64,000 nt of DNA from Verrucomicrobiales bacterium (GTDB lineage Bacteria; Verrucomicrobiota; Verrucomicrobiia; Verrucomicrobiales; V1-33): contig JANOAV010000187.1 of assembly GCA_031411295.1 (NCBI GenBank), forward strand, positions 52,341 through 116,340, read 5' to 3'. A model generated the notes under the pieces. The model ran no database searches. It worked only from the letters and a program-made list of their open reading frames with translations, and was not told the DNA's origin. Below, in pieces: positions 30,148 to 40,697 of the stretch; the first letter of the stretch is position 1; each line of letters begins with the position of its first letter. A program made the translations under genes and the position numbers.

Positions 30148-31383
30148 CTACTTGCTTGAGGAATCGACGGCCTTCTGGGCCAGGATGGCGGGATCCTTTT
30201 TGCGGTATCCCTGGATGGTTACGCCGGAATCGAACGCATAGACGTCGGAAACTTCCTCCAAATGCGCCAGCATCCATGGATTCACCGCATTGTCGCCATT
30301 CTTGGTGAAGACAATGTCATCGGCAATGTGGACACAAGAGTGAATGGCCCCGCCGTCCTTCAGGAAAAAAAGCACATCGCCAAAGGCATAGGGGGCGGAG
30401 ACCGTTTCATAATCAATTAGCACCGCATCGGCGGCCAGACGGGTGTTAAGGTAATAATCCCGTGGCGCATGGTTGAAGAAGTTGAGCGACGTCCAGTGGC
30501 AGTCCGGAAACCGCCCGTTCTTGGCCAGGCTCATATCTGGATAGGTGTAAAGCATCTGGCGGACGATGGGCGAGAATAAATGGCAGATGTCACAGTGGAT
30601 GGGACCTTGAGCGGCGGCTTCCCGCAACGATTCCAAGAAAGGGGGGGGCACGCGTTGATTGGCGCTGGTGGACCAATATTTACTCAGGCTGGCGAGGGAG
30701 GCGGGATCATCGATCGTCAGATCCAGAATCAAAGTGCGGGTGCGCGAGCAGGTGCGGAAAATTTCCTTCGCCTCATCGTTGGAACTGGCCGCCCCCAGCA
30801 GAGTTTCCAAGTCACTCAGGACCCACACCGCTCCACGCTTCCAGGCAAGTTTCTTTACCAAGCCCTGAATCCGCTGGGACAAGTTTGTGCCCTGCAGCCA
30901 CGGCTCGACTCCGGCACGCCCGAAAAAAACTGGGTTCTTGATGAATTCATTTTCCACCCGCTGGCCGAGAAACAGGAAAATGGTGGCGCGGGCCTCGGGC
31001 GACAACTGGACGATGAAGTCCGCGGAGGGAAAAATGCTGATGGATTCATTCATGCGAATGATCTTGGAGGGATCCAGCAGGGCCGTGCGGGCGGTGGCAG
31101 AGACGCCAGCGCGCTCCAAGACAGCGGTGAAATCTTCCATTCCGTTCAAAGCAATGGACCAACAAGTCGTGGTCGAGGGTAACGGATAATAATCAAGTAG
31201 CTCCGAAGGCGCTTCCAAATAAGCCTCGTGATAGGTCAGCTTCCCCCATGGTCCGGGGCGCGCCTGACCCAACGCAGAAGCTTTTTTCTGCGCTCCCACA
31301 GGGGCAGCGCATGCCTCCGGGGCAGGCAGGCAGATTAACAATGCGCAGAGTGCTATGACGGGAGAGCGTAGAAGGGGAAGCAT
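30148..31383 (-). CDS. Secreted hypothetical protein, possible Cys/His hydrolase domain
   Basis: Signal peptide; DCHWTSLNFF, GDVLFF, IHSCVH, FTKNG. Confidence 0.65.
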   Translation of the reverse strand: MLPLLRSPVIALCALLICLPAPEACAAPVGAQKKASALGQARPGPWGKLTYHEAYLEAPSELLDYYPLPSTTTCWSIALNGMEDFTAVLERAGVSATARTALLDPSKIIRMNESISIFPSADFIVQLSPEARATIFLFLGQRVENEFIKNPVFFGRAGVEPWLQGTNLSQRIQGLVKKLAWKRGAVWVLSDLETLLGAASSNDEAKEIFRTCSRTRTLILDLTIDDPASLASLSKYWSTSANQRVPPPFLESLREAAAQGPIHCDICHLFSPIVRQMLYTYPDMSLAKNGRFPDCHWTSLNFFNHAPRDYYLNTRLAADAVLIDYETVSAPYAFGDVLFFLKDGGAIHSCVHIADDIVFTKNGDNAVNPWMLAHLEEVSDVYAFDSGVTIQGYRKKDPAILAQKAVDSSSK

Positions 31384-31605
31384 GGGGATGGGAATCCGTC
31401 CAAAAAGCGGAGGGTTGCAAGTTTGACGCAACGAACGGGGGATTGGTTGCAAAAAGATTAATTAAATTAGCGTTAATCTCTCATTTTCAACGGGTTACGT
31501 AAATCTATGGTCACTCGCAATGCGTGGTTCGGCAAGCTCAATTCGGTGAATTTACCGTCATTGCGGGCTGCTCGTTTAATACCAACCACTTACGAACTGC
31601 GTTGG

Positions 31606-31992
31606 TTAGACCCACTCTGGCAAACGCATTAAAAACCGGGGAATCCGGGTGAAAAAGTGCCGTCCGTCGTCCGTTTCCACAAAGAACGCCCCCTCAGCAT
31701 CACTTGAGCTGGCCACGAAGTGTTTGCTGTTATAGCTAAATTCCTCACCTGGAGCCAACCGCGGGCGCTGGCCATTGACCCCATCTCCTTCAATCACCAT
31801 GGTATCGGCATTTTCTTCCCAGACCACCCACTTCCGACCATGAATCGTGACTGGCAGCGGAGAGTTATTGGCGATGGTAATGAAATAGACAAACGGATGC
31901 GGACGCTCTTGCGGAGCGTCTAAGTCAGGCATGTAAAGCACCTCATCCACGGAGACTGCCAAGCCCGCGAGTTCTTTCAATTTCGGAGTCAC
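31606..31992 (-). CDS. apaG: ApaG domain protein
   Basis: FVYFITIAN, GRKW, EGDGVNGQRPRLAPGEEFSYNS. GTG start is uncertain. Confidence 0.85.
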   Translation of the reverse strand: MTPKLKELAGLAVSVDEVLYMPDLDAPQERPHPFVYFITIANNSPLPVTIHGRKWVVWEENADTMVIEGDGVNGQRPRLAPGEEFSYNSKHFVASSSDAEGAFFVETDDGRHFFTRIPRFLMRLPEWV

Positions 31993-32180
31993 TTGAATAC
32001 TTAAAGCGCGACCCTTCCAAGTTGCACGTGATAAATTGCCCGACTCATGAACCGGTCTGGCAGGCTCCGATGACTGCTTGTGAAAAATTTCACAAAATCG
32101 CCTTGCCCGTCTCCCAGCCGCAACGGATACTGGAAATTCTGACCGCATTCCAGCGGTCCACTACCCTCCTTTTTCGCTCC

Positions 32181-32681
32181 ATGGAACTGCCGACCGAACT
32201 CACCAGCAAGATTGACGAAATCATCACCCACTATCCCGTGTCCAAGCGGAGTGCGGTGTTATCCGTGCTCCACGTCTTGCAGCATCACTTCGGATACATC
32301 AGCGAAGAAAGCGTCCTCTGGACTGCCGCCAAGCTGGAACTGCAACCCGTGCAAGTCATGGAAGTCGTTACCTTCTATCCTGGCTTCCGCCGCAGCGCCC
32401 CGGGGAAATTCCACATCCGCGTCTGCCGCACGCTCAGTTGCGCCATGGCCGGTAGTTATGAACTGATGGAAACTCTGACCAAGGAAGCCAACATTGATCG
32501 TTCCCACGTGGACCATCATCACCCCATCGCCAAGAGCGCGGATGGGAAGTTCAGTATTGAATTTGCCGAATGTCTGGCCTCCTGCGGCAGTGGCCCAGTC
32601 TGCATGTTCAACGATGATTTCTATGAGAAAGTCAGCGCTGAGGAAGCTGCCAAACTCGTGGCTGATTATCGCACCAAATAA
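32181..32681 (+). CDS. nuoE: NADH:quinone oxidoreductase subunit E (2Fe-2S)
   Basis: EVVTFY, CRTLSC, ECLASCGSGP. Confidence 0.9.
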   Translation: MELPTELTSKIDEIITHYPVSKRSAVLSVLHVLQHHFGYISEESVLWTAAKLELQPVQVMEVVTFYPGFRRSAPGKFHIRVCRTLSCAMAGSYELMETLTKEANIDRSHVDHHHPIAKSADGKFSIEFAECLASCGSGPVCMFNDDFYEKVSAEEAAKLVADYRTK

Positions 32682-32687
32682 CACCCC

Positions 32688-33167
32688 ATGATTATCGTCG
32701 GCATCATCACCATTTCGGATCGTGCCGCAGCGGGAGCCTACGAGGACCTCGGTGGTCCCGCCCTGCGCCAAGCCTCCACGACCAACGGCTGGACCGTGCA
32801 GGCGGAAGCCATCGTGCCAGACGAGAAATCTCGCATCCAGGAAACCATTCGCGCCTTCTCGGCTCAGGGGTGCGGCCTTATTCTAACTACTGGCGGCACC
32901 GGCATCGCTCCCCGGGATATCACCCCCGAAGCCATCCGGGAAATCATGCGCCTGGAGATCCCTGGCTTTGGCGAATCTATGCGCATGCAGTCGCTAGCGC
33001 TGACCCCCAACGCCATCCTCAGCCGCAGCCTGGCTGCTCTGGTGGATAGCTCGCTGGTCATCGCGCTCCCCGGCAAACCCCAAGGAGCCGTGGACTGCCT
33101 GGGATTCGTAATCGGAGCCATTCCGCATTCCGTAAAGTTAGCCCAAGGGATACCGACCTCCTGCTAG
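32688..33167 (+). CDS. mog: Molybdopterin adenylyltransferase (Mog/MoaB)
   Basis: ITISDR, TTGGTG, RDITPEA, ILSR, LPGKP. Confidence 0.9.
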   Translation: MIIVGIITISDRAAAGAYEDLGGPALRQASTTNGWTVQAEAIVPDEKSRIQETIRAFSAQGCGLILTTGGTGIAPRDITPEAIREIMRLEIPGFGESMRMQSLALTPNAILSRSLAALVDSSLVIALPGKPQGAVDCLGFVIGAIPHSVKLAQGIPTSC

Positions 33168-33301
33168 CCCGCACGATCAAGCCGCAGCAGAATCCAGTGA
33201 GAAACGCGGGCTAGATCGGGCGACAGCCCAAGCGCGCAAGAAAGCAAAATCACCGTCATGGAGGACAAGAGCGTCCCGGCCACCAGGTTCTTGAACTCGC
33301 C

Positions 33302-33991
33302 CTAAAGTTTGGCACCGAACAATGCACCCACCCCGGCCGTCAAGCCCATAGCCAAGGCCCCCCAGAAGGTGACGCGTGCGGCTGCCCGCAATACCGAAGC
33401 ACCGCCCGCGCGAGCCGCCAGCGAGCCTAACAGTGCCAGGAAAAACAAAGAACTGCCAGTCACCGTCCAGATCAGCGCGGATGGGGGCACGATGACGACC
33501 AGCAGGATCGGCAGGAAGGCACCCACTGCAAAGGTGGCCGCAGAGGCCAAGGCCGCCTGCACCGGGCGGGCGCTGAGCATGTCGGAAATGCCGAGTTCAT
33601 CCCGGGCGTGGGCCCCCAGAGCATCTTTGGCCATCAATTGCGTTGCCACCTGCTCCGCTAAAGCCGGATCAAGTCCGCGCCCGACGTAGATCGCAGCCAG
33701 CTCCGCATGTTCATGCGCGCTGTCCGCGGCCAGCTCCCCGCGCTCCCGATTGATGTCAGCCGATTCCGTATCCGCCTGGGAACTGACGGAGACATACTCC
33801 CCTGCGGCCATCGACATGGCCCCGGCCACCAACCCGGCTATCCCTGCCACCAGAATCCCGCTGCGATTGGATTCCGCCGCCGCCACGCCCACAATCAAGC
33901 TGGCGGTGGAGACGATGCCATCATTGGCCCCCAGCACAGAGGCACGGAGCCAGCCAATCCGGTGGGTGCGGTGGTATTCGGTATGTTTCAT
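33302..33991 (-). CDS. VIT1/CCC1 family iron/manganese transporter
   Basis: WLRASVLGANDGIVS, AMSMAAGEYVSV. Confidence 0.93.
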   Translation of the reverse strand: MKHTEYHRTHRIGWLRASVLGANDGIVSTASLIVGVAAAESNRSGILVAGIAGLVAGAMSMAAGEYVSVSSQADTESADINRERGELAADSAHEHAELAAIYVGRGLDPALAEQVATQLMAKDALGAHARDELGISDMLSARPVQAALASAATFAVGAFLPILLVVIVPPSALIWTVTGSSLFFLALLGSLAARAGGASVLRAAARVTFWGALAMGLTAGVGALFGAKL

Positions 33992-34200
33992 CCTATCACT
34001 ATGGCCGAGGCCGCACTGTCTGGCAAGCACAACGCGGAAAGTGACTAAGTATTCAGACCGCGTGATGTAGCGCCAACAGGCAGCACATTTGGTGAGGAGA
34101 TGTGCGAATGAATCCAATGACTGGGGCTGGGTTTCGTTCTTTGTGGGGTGGATTATGCGTCGCTGGAGCGGGTGCGTTGTTGGGGCAGGGGACAGGGTGG

Positions 34201-34221
34201 CGGACTAAAGTCCGGGACTAC
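34201..34221 (-). repeat. REP-like palindrome
   Basis: Reverse strand reads GTAG-TCC-CGGACTTTAGTCCG. Confidence 0.5.
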
Positions 34222-34268
34222 TTTTCTGAGGCGATGGGGAAATGTTCGACCGTGAGGCCGCAAGAAGC

Positions 34269-34470
34269 ATGAAGCCGATTGAAATATTACCACAACAAAT
34301 GATCCCACAGTTCCCACCCGGCTGGGCGGAGGCGTCTGGGGAGGATGATCAGGGGATCTTTGCGGAGTGCTCGCTGGATGGGGTGAGCTTTGTCTGGCGG
34401 TGGATTTTTCGCGATGGTTTATGATGGGGTGTGACCCGGGGGATGAGCATGGTTACAGGATGAGCGCGGC
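34269..34470 (+). pseudogene. Remnant of the N-terminus of an FGE-sulfatase (SUMF1)-domain gene
   Basis: FPPGWAEASGEDDQGIFAE..WRWI, then FMMGCDPGDE in another frame. Confidence 0.55.
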
Positions 34471-34526
34471 TACAGTGATAAAAAGCCGCAGCATAAAGTC
34501 ACGCTGACCCGTGGCTACTGGCTGGG

Positions 34527-34607
34527 GGAGGCGCCCCCGCCTCCAGTCTGCCAGCAGGGCCGCTCCGTAGATCATTTCCGATCAGACGCGAGGGCGCGTC
34601 TGCCACC
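34527..34607. repeat. Pair of GC-rich hairpins (REP-doublet-like)
   Basis: GGAGGCG-CCCC-CGCCTCC and CAGACGCG-AGGG-CGCGTCTG. Confidence 0.5.
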
Positions 34608-34779
34608 ATTAGACGACGCGCTGCCGCTACAGCGCCAGTCTGTCCCGGGACGTGCCAGTCTGGCGCTAAATGGTGCGACACGGTGACTGGACGCTGCTCG
34701 TAACTCGTTCTAAATCAACGAATGAAAAGCGCGCTCGGTTTATGCTGACTAAGGTGGCAGAAAATTCTACTATTTACTT

Positions 34780-37350
34780 ATGTCACCAGAAAAATACACC
34801 ACCAAGCTCCAAACCGCTCTTTCCGAAGCTCAAACCTTGGCCGTGCAGGCGGGGAACACGGAGATCAAACCATCTCACCTCTTGCTGGCACTGCTGGATC
34901 AGGAGGGCGGCATCACGGCTCCGCTGCTGAAGCAAGTGGCTCCGCTGGCGGACGTGAGATCGCTGGTGGCAGCGCATGTGGCGAAGCAGCCGAAGGTCAC
35001 GGGCAGTGCGGGCGGGCAGTATGTTTCCTCCGACCTGCGGGAACTGCTGGCGACCGCGGACAAGGAGCGCGCTGCACTCAATGATGACTATGTTAGCGTA
35101 GAGCATATTTTGCTGGCGCTGACGAAGACCCGCACGGACTTGGATGCCGTGCTGAAGCCTCTGAAGCTGAACCATAAGGATTTGCTCAGCGCGCTGACCA
35201 CCCTGCGCGGAGCGCAGAAAGTGACGGATCAGGATCCGGAAGGGAAATATCAAACGCTGGAAAAATACGGCACCGACCTGACCGCTAGGGCCAAGGCCGG
35301 GAAGATCGATCCCGTGATCGGTCGCGATGACGAAATCCGTCGCGTCATGCAGGTGCTAAGCCGCCGCAGTAAGAACAATCCCGTGTTGATTGGCGAACCC
35401 GGCGTGGGCAAGACGGCCATTGCCGAAGGCTTGGCGCGTCGGATCGTGGCGGGCGATGTGCCGGAATCGCTGAAGGGCAAACGTCTCATTTCCATGGACC
35501 TCGGCGGCATGCTGGCGGGGGCGAAATATCGGGGCGAATTCGAGGAACGATTGAAGGCGTTTCTGAAAGAAGTCACGAGCAGCGATGGCCAGATCATTTT
35601 GTTTATCGATGAACTGCATACCATCGTGGGAGCCGGTGCCAGCGAGGGCGCAGTGGATGCATCGAACCTGCTGAAGCCACAACTGGCGCGGGGCGAACTG
35701 CGTTGTATCGGGGCCACGACGCTGAATGAGTATCGGAAATACATCGAAAAGGATGCCGCGCTGGAACGTCGTTTCCAACCGGTGCAAGTGGATGAACCCA
35801 GCGTGGAAGATACCATCGCGATCCTCCGGGGCCTGAAAGAACGCTACGAAGTGCACCACGGTGTGCGCATCAAGGACAGTGCGTTGATTGCCGCAGCTAC
35901 GTTGTCGAATCGCTATATCACCGATCGTTTCCTGCCGGACAAGGCGGTGGATTTGATGGACGAAGCCGCGAGCCGATTGAAGATCGAAATCGAATCGCTG
36001 CCCACGGAGATCGACGTGCTGCAACGCGAACTGATGCAGCAGGAAATGGAGCGACTTGCCTTGGCCAAGGAAACGGATGCCGCAAGCTTGGAGCGCGTGG
36101 CCAAGCTGGAAAAGAGCATTTCCGAACTGAAGGACAAATCCAACAGCCTGCGCGCCCAATGGCAGGAGGAAAAAGCTGTGGTGACCGAAAGCCGCAAACT
36201 CAAAGTGGAGTTGGAACAACTCCGCAACGAGCTGGAACAAGCCCAGCGCCAGGGGAACTTCGCCCGCGCAGGGGAAATTCAGTATGGCTTGATGCCGCAG
36301 TTGGAAGCCAAAGTGGCGGCCTCCCAAAATATTGATCCTAACGCAACCGCCAAGCACACCCTGCTGCGCGAGGACGTGACGGAAGATGATGTGGCGAAGA
36401 TCGTGGCCACGTGGACCGGCATTCCGGTGAGCCGTCTCCAAGAAGGCGAGCGCTCGAAGCTGGTGAACATGGAGCCACGACTGGCCGAACGCGTCGTGGG
36501 GCAATCTGAAGCGATCCATGCCGTGGCCAATGCGGTGCGGCGTGCGCGCGCGGGCATGCAGGATGAGAATCGGCCGATCGGTAGTTTCCTATTCCTGGGC
36601 CCCACCGGGGTTGGCAAAACCGAACTCAGCAAGGCGCTGGCGGAATTCCTCTTCGATGACGAGTCCGCCATGACCCGACTCGACATGTCCGAATACATGG
36701 AGAAACACAGCGTCAGCCGCCTGCTGGGAGCGCCTCCCGGCTATGTGGGCTATGATGAAGGCGGTCAACTAACCGAAGCCGTGCGGCGCAAGCCCTACAG
36801 CGTGGTGTTGTTTGACGAAGTGGAAAAAGCCCACCCGGATGTCTTCAATACGCTGCTGCAAGTGCTGGACGATGGCCGCATCACTGACGGTCAGGGTCGC
36901 ACCGTGGACTTCACGAATACGGTGATCATCATGACCAGCAACATCGGTTCCGCCGCCATTCAGGATGAATCCAATCCCGAGCAACGTGAAGCCCTGGTGC
37001 GCGACTCGCTGAAGCAATTCTTCCGTCCCGAGTTCCTCAATCGGATCGATGAAATTGTCATGTTCACTCGCCTGACCCACAAGGAACTCGACGGCATCGT
37101 GAAGATCCAGCTCAAGCGCGTGGTGGATCGCATGGCGAAACAGAATCTGCATCTGCACCTGAGCGATGAAGTCATCCATTACCTGGCGGAGATCGGCTAC
37201 GATCCCGTCTATGGAGCCCGTCCGCTCAAACGCGCGATTCAGAAATACCTGCTGGATCCGCTCAGCCTCAAAGTGCTGGAAGGCAGCTTCAAGGAAGGCG
37301 CGGAGATTGATGCCGTGTTGCAAGATGGCAAGGTTGAGTTTAATGGGTAA
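34780..37350 (+). CDS. clpB: ATP-dependent chaperone ClpB
   Basis: Two AAA+ domains ([16 protein letters not shown]), coiled-coil middle domain, GARPL. Confidence 0.97.
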   Translation: MSPEKYTTKLQTALSEAQTLAVQAGNTEIKPSHLLLALLDQEGGITAPLLKQVAPLADVRSLVAAHVAKQPKVTGSAGGQYVSSDLRELLATADKERAALNDDYVSVEHILLALTKTRTDLDAVLKPLKLNHKDLLSALTTLRGAQKVTDQDPEGKYQTLEKYGTDLTARAKAGKIDPVIGRDDEIRRVMQVLSRRSKNNPVLIGEPGVGKTAIAEGLARRIVAGDVPESLKGKRLISMDLGGMLAGAKYRGEFEERLKAFLKEVTSSDGQIILFIDELHTIVGAGASEGAVDASNLLKPQLARGELRCIGATTLNEYRKYIEKDAALERRFQPVQVDEPSVEDTIAILRGLKERYEVHHGVRIKDSALIAAATLSNRYITDRFLPDKAVDLMDEAASRLKIEIESLPTEIDVLQRELMQQEMERLALAKETDAASLERVAKLEKSISELKDKSNSLRAQWQEEKAVVTESRKLKVELEQLRNELEQAQRQGNFARAGEIQYGLMPQLEAKVAASQNIDPNATAKHTLLREDVTEDDVAKIVATWTGIPVSRLQEGERSKLVNMEPRLAERVVGQSEAIHAVANAVRRARAGMQDENRPIGSFLFLGPTGVGKTELSKALAEFLFDDESAMTRLDMSEYMEKHSVSRLLGAPPGYVGYDEGGQLTEAVRRKPYSVVLFDEVEKAHPDVFNTLLQVLDDGRITDGQGRTVDFTNTVIIMTSNIGSAAIQDESNPEQREALVRDSLKQFFRPEFLNRIDEIVMFTRLTHKELDGIVKIQLKRVVDRMAKQNLHLHLSDEVIHYLAEIGYDPVYGARPLKRAIQKYLLDPLSLKVLEGSFKEGAEIDAVLQDGKVEFNG

Positions 37351-37352
37351 CC

Positions 37353-38243
37353 ATGAACCTCCATTTCCTCTGCCTGCCCCTTGCACTGCTGTCCGTTTCC
37401 ACCACCTCCGCTGCGGATGCCATCCGCGTCCTGATCTGGGATGAGCAACAGCCTGCTCAGAAGCAGGCGTATGGGGAAAAATTCCTCGGTGAAACGATTG
37501 CGGTTCACCTGCGTCACCAACCGGGCATCACGGTCAACACCGTCACCCTGAGTTCCCCAGAGCAAGGCTTGGATGAGGCCACGCTGGACGCCACAGATGT
37601 CCTGATCTGGTGGGGTCATATCAAACATAAGGAAGTGGGGCTGGCAGGTGTTGAGCGCGTCGTGGCGCGCGTTCGTGCGGGCAAGTTAGGGTTGGTGGCG
37701 CTGCATTCCGCCCACTGGGCCCGACCCTTCGTGCGGTTAATGCAGGAACGAGCCAAGGACGACGCGCGCGCAGCCATCCCGGAGGCCGAACGAGCCACGG
37801 CCAAGCTGGACTTCGTCAATGATCAGAGTATCGGCGTGGGCGTGCCACGGGAGGCCAAGCTGACTCCGGCGTTGGAAAGGACGGGCGAAGGCAGTTGGAA
37901 GCTAACCTTGCCAGCGTGCGTCTTTCCAGCCTGGCGGGCGGATGCCGCGCCCAGTCACGTCACCACCTTGCTACCCGAGCATCCGTTGGCGCAGGGCTTG
38001 CCAGCCAAATGGGAGGTGAAACAAACCGAAATGTATGACGAACCATTTCACGTGCCCACGCCGGATGCCGTCATCTTCGAAGAACGCTGGGATAAGGGCG
38101 AGCACTTCCGTAGTGGCTGTGTCTGGAAGGTGGGGCAGGGGAGGGTTTTCTATTTCCGGCCGGGCCATGAGACCTATCCAGTCTATCAACAAGCCGAACC
38201 GCTCCAAGTCATCGTGAATGCGGTCCGCTGGCTGGGAAAGTAG
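37353..38243 (+). CDS. ThuA-like domain protein
   Basis: DVLIWWGH, LHSAH, EMYDEPF, FYFRPGHETYP. Confidence 0.88.
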   Translation: MNLHFLCLPLALLSVSTTSAADAIRVLIWDEQQPAQKQAYGEKFLGETIAVHLRHQPGITVNTVTLSSPEQGLDEATLDATDVLIWWGHIKHKEVGLAGVERVVARVRAGKLGLVALHSAHWARPFVRLMQERAKDDARAAIPEAERATAKLDFVNDQSIGVGVPREAKLTPALERTGEGSWKLTLPACVFPAWRADAAPSHVTTLLPEHPLAQGLPAKWEVKQTEMYDEPFHVPTPDAVIFEERWDKGEHFRSGCVWKVGQGRVFYFRPGHETYPVYQQAEPLQVIVNAVRWLGK

Positions 38244-38377
38244 CCTTTCCTCATTCGCGGAAGGGGATTTCTAAAATAGGCAGACACCCACCTGCGTCGA
38301 ACACGCAAGCATCAGTGAATCAATCTGACGAACTCAGATGCTGATGCTAACCACACCCCTAATAAAACCAAACCACC

Positions 38378-38770
38378 ATGAAGTCCACTCTACTCACACT
38401 CTCCGTTCTCGCCTCGTTGATCAGCTTTGGTGCTGCGCAAGATAAGGAAAAGAAAGGCACGCCACCGCCCTACAACGCGGCCGAAGTCGTCAAGAAATTC
38501 GACAAGAACAGCGACAGTAAACTTTCCCTGGAAGAATACAGCGCCATGGCCAAATGGAAGAAAGAAAAGGATCCAGCCGCCGCTGCCAAGACCGCCTTTG
38601 AGAAAGAGGACCTCAACAAAGACGGCAATCTCGACGAGGCAGAAATCAAAGCTGGCCATGAAGCCCGCGCCAAGGCTCGCGAGTCCAAGAAAGATGAACC
38701 AAAGAAGGATGAAGCCAAGAAGGACGCCAAGCCTGCCGTTGAAGTGAAGCCAGCAGTCGAAGCGAAGTAG
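38378..38770 (+). CDS. Secreted EF-hand protein
   Basis: DKNSDSKLSLEE and DLNKDGNLDEAE loops; signal peptide. Confidence 0.85.
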   Translation: MKSTLLTLSVLASLISFGAAQDKEKKGTPPPYNAAEVVKKFDKNSDSKLSLEEYSAMAKWKKEKDPAAAAKTAFEKEDLNKDGNLDEAEIKAGHEARAKARESKKDEPKKDEAKKDAKPAVEVKPAVEAK

Positions 38771-38795
38771 TTCCGCGCTTTTCAGCAACTCTGCG

Positions 38796-38827
38796 CCAGC
38801 CAGTGACTCCACAGAGTCACTGGCTGG
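38796..38827. terminator. Hairpin between convergent genes
   Basis: CCAGCCAGTGACTC-CACA-GAGTCACTGGCTGG, perfect 14-bp stem. Confidence 0.75.
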
Positions 38828-38849
38828 TTCGTTTCAGCGGGAAGGAAAA

Positions 38850-39152
38850 TCAGACGATCGGTTGGTGCACAGTGACCAACTTGGTGCCGTCGGGAAAGGT
38901 GGCTTCGACTTGGACTTCGTGGATCATTTCTGGGATGCCTTCCATGACGTCGGCACGACTTAGAAGTTTGGTGCCCAGGGTCATGAGGTCCGCCACCGAT
39001 CTGCCATCGCGAGCGCCTTCGAGGATCTCGTAGGTGATGATGGCGATGGATTCGGGGTAGTTCAGCTTGACGCCACGCGCTTGGCGACGACGCGCGAGGT
39101 CGGCGGCTACGACGATGAGGAGCTTTTCTTGTTCTCGGGGAGTGAGATGCAT
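38850..39152 (-). CDS. ureA: Urease gamma subunit
   Basis: [31 protein letters not shown]. Confidence 0.98.
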   Translation of the reverse strand: MHLTPREQEKLLIVVAADLARRRQARGVKLNYPESIAIITYEILEGARDGRSVADLMTLGTKLLSRADVMEGIPEMIHEVQVEATFPDGTKLVTVHQPIV

Positions 39153-39155
39153 GAC

Positions 39156-39911
39156 TTAGACGGAGAGGTGTTTGGTGATCGCTGGATCTTCCAGGATGCT
39201 GGCGTTACCCTCTGCGATGATGGTGCCGCGGTCCATGATATAAACGTAGTCGCTGATGGCAGCTACGAAATCGAGATATTGCTCGACCAACAAAATGCTG
39301 ATGCCCATTTCCCGCTTCAACCGCAGGAGGGCATCTTCGATCAGGTCGATGATGCTGGGTTGAATGCCTTCGGTGGGCTCGTCGAGAATGAGCAGTTGAG
39401 GACACGTGAGGAGCGCACGGCCAATGGCCAACTGTTGTTGCTGCCCGCCGGACAGCACGCCGCCTTTGCGCTTGAGCATTTCTTTGAGCACCGGAAAGAG
39501 ATCCAGCACGAAGGGCATGCGCTCTTTGGCTTTCTTGCCGTAGAGGGCCACGCAGATTTGCAGATTCTCCCCCACGGTCATGTTGGGGAAAATATCGCGC
39601 CCTTGCGGCACATAGCCCATGCCGGCCCGGGCCCGGGCTTCGGGGGCTTCCCGCTGCCAGGTTTTGCCGGCAAATTGAATTTCCCCAGCGCTCTGCGGCA
39701 GCAGGCCCATGATGGATTTCAGGGTCGTAGTTTTACCCACGCCGTTGCGTCCCATGAGGCTGACGAGCTTGCCTTCAGGCACCTCCAGATTGACATCCCG
39801 GAGGACGCTGGATTCGCCATAGCGTGCCCCCAGTTTGGCGAGGCGCAGGATGGTTCCAGTTCCGCAGGCGCTGGAGGTTGGGGGTGGTGGTTCAGTCACA
39901 AGGGCACTCAT
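39156..39911 (-). CDS. urtE: Urea ABC transporter ATP-binding subunit
   Basis: GRNGVGKTT, LSGGQQQQLAIGRAL, DEPTEGIQP. Confidence 0.93.
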   Translation of the reverse strand: MSALVTEPPPPTSSACGTGTILRLAKLGARYGESSVLRDVNLEVPEGKLVSLMGRNGVGKTTTLKSIMGLLPQSAGEIQFAGKTWQREAPEARARAGMGYVPQGRDIFPNMTVGENLQICVALYGKKAKERMPFVLDLFPVLKEMLKRKGGVLSGGQQQQLAIGRALLTCPQLLILDEPTEGIQPSIIDLIEDALLRLKREMGISILLVEQYLDFVAAISDYVYIMDRGTIIAEGNASILEDPAITKHLSV

Positions 39912-40696
39912 GCGGCGGCGGTTTTCTTTTCACGTTTACGTCCCAGATAGACTGCGCGAACTTCCTCGTCCTCGGAGACTTCCTCCAGCGAACCTTCGCG
40001 CATGACGTGTCCTTGCACTAACACGGTTACTTTCTGCCCCAAGCGGCGGATGAATTCCATGTCGTGCTCGATGACGACGATGCTGTGTTTCCCCTTCAGG
40101 CTCAGGAGCAGTTCTGAAGTGCGTTCGGTCTCCGCGTCGCTCATGCCGGCTGCGGGTTCGTCCACCAGCAGCAATTTCGGATTCTGTGCCAGCAGCATGC
40201 CGATCTCCAACCACTGCTTTTTGCCATGGGAGAGGAAACCAGCTTTGGTATCGCGCTGCTCGCCTAACGAGACGGTTTTTAAAATTTCATCGATCCGGTC
40301 CCGATCATCGCTGGTGACGCGATAGGTAATGGTGCTCCAGAGTCCGCGGGGTCGGTCCAGCGAGATGAGCAGATTGTTCCAGACAGTAAGGTTCTCATAG
40401 ACGGCTGGAGTTTGAAATTTCCGGCCGATTCCCAGGCGATTGATTTCGTGTTCGCGCAGGGTCGTGAGATCGATCTCAGAGGTCTCCGTGGGATAGTATT
40501 TCACGGTGCCGGTGTCTGGCTTGGTGCGGCCGGTCACGATGTCCATGAAGGTGGATTTCCCAGCGCCATTCGGTCCGATGACCGCACGCATTTCACCCTG
40601 TGCCAGATAGAAATTCAGGTCGTTGATCGCCTTGAATCCATCGAAGCTTTTAGAAACGGACTCCAGCGAAAGAAGGATATTGGAGGTGAAGGACAT
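39908..40696 (-). CDS. urtD: Urea ABC transporter ATP-binding subunit
   Basis: GPNGAGKST, GIGRKFQ, LSHGKKQWLEIGM. Confidence 0.93.
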   Translation of the reverse strand: MSFTSNILLSLESVSKSFDGFKAINDLNFYLAQGEMRAVIGPNGAGKSTFMDIVTGRTKPDTGTVKYYPTETSEIDLTTLREHEINRLGIGRKFQTPAVYENLTVWNNLLISLDRPRGLWSTITYRVTSDDRDRIDEILKTVSLGEQRDTKAGFLSHGKKQWLEIGMLLAQNPKLLLVDEPAAGMSDAETERTSELLLSLKGKHSIVVIEHDMEFIRRLGQKVTVLVQGHVMREGSLEEVSEDEEVRAVYLGRKREKKTAAA

Positions 40697-40697
40697 G

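Noticed and set aside
34620..34779. CIRCE or heat-shock operator before clpB
   Set aside because: No TTAGCACTC-N9-GAGTGCTAA match found.
35356..36519. 387-aa minus-strand ORF
   Set aside because: Antisense shadow of clpB.
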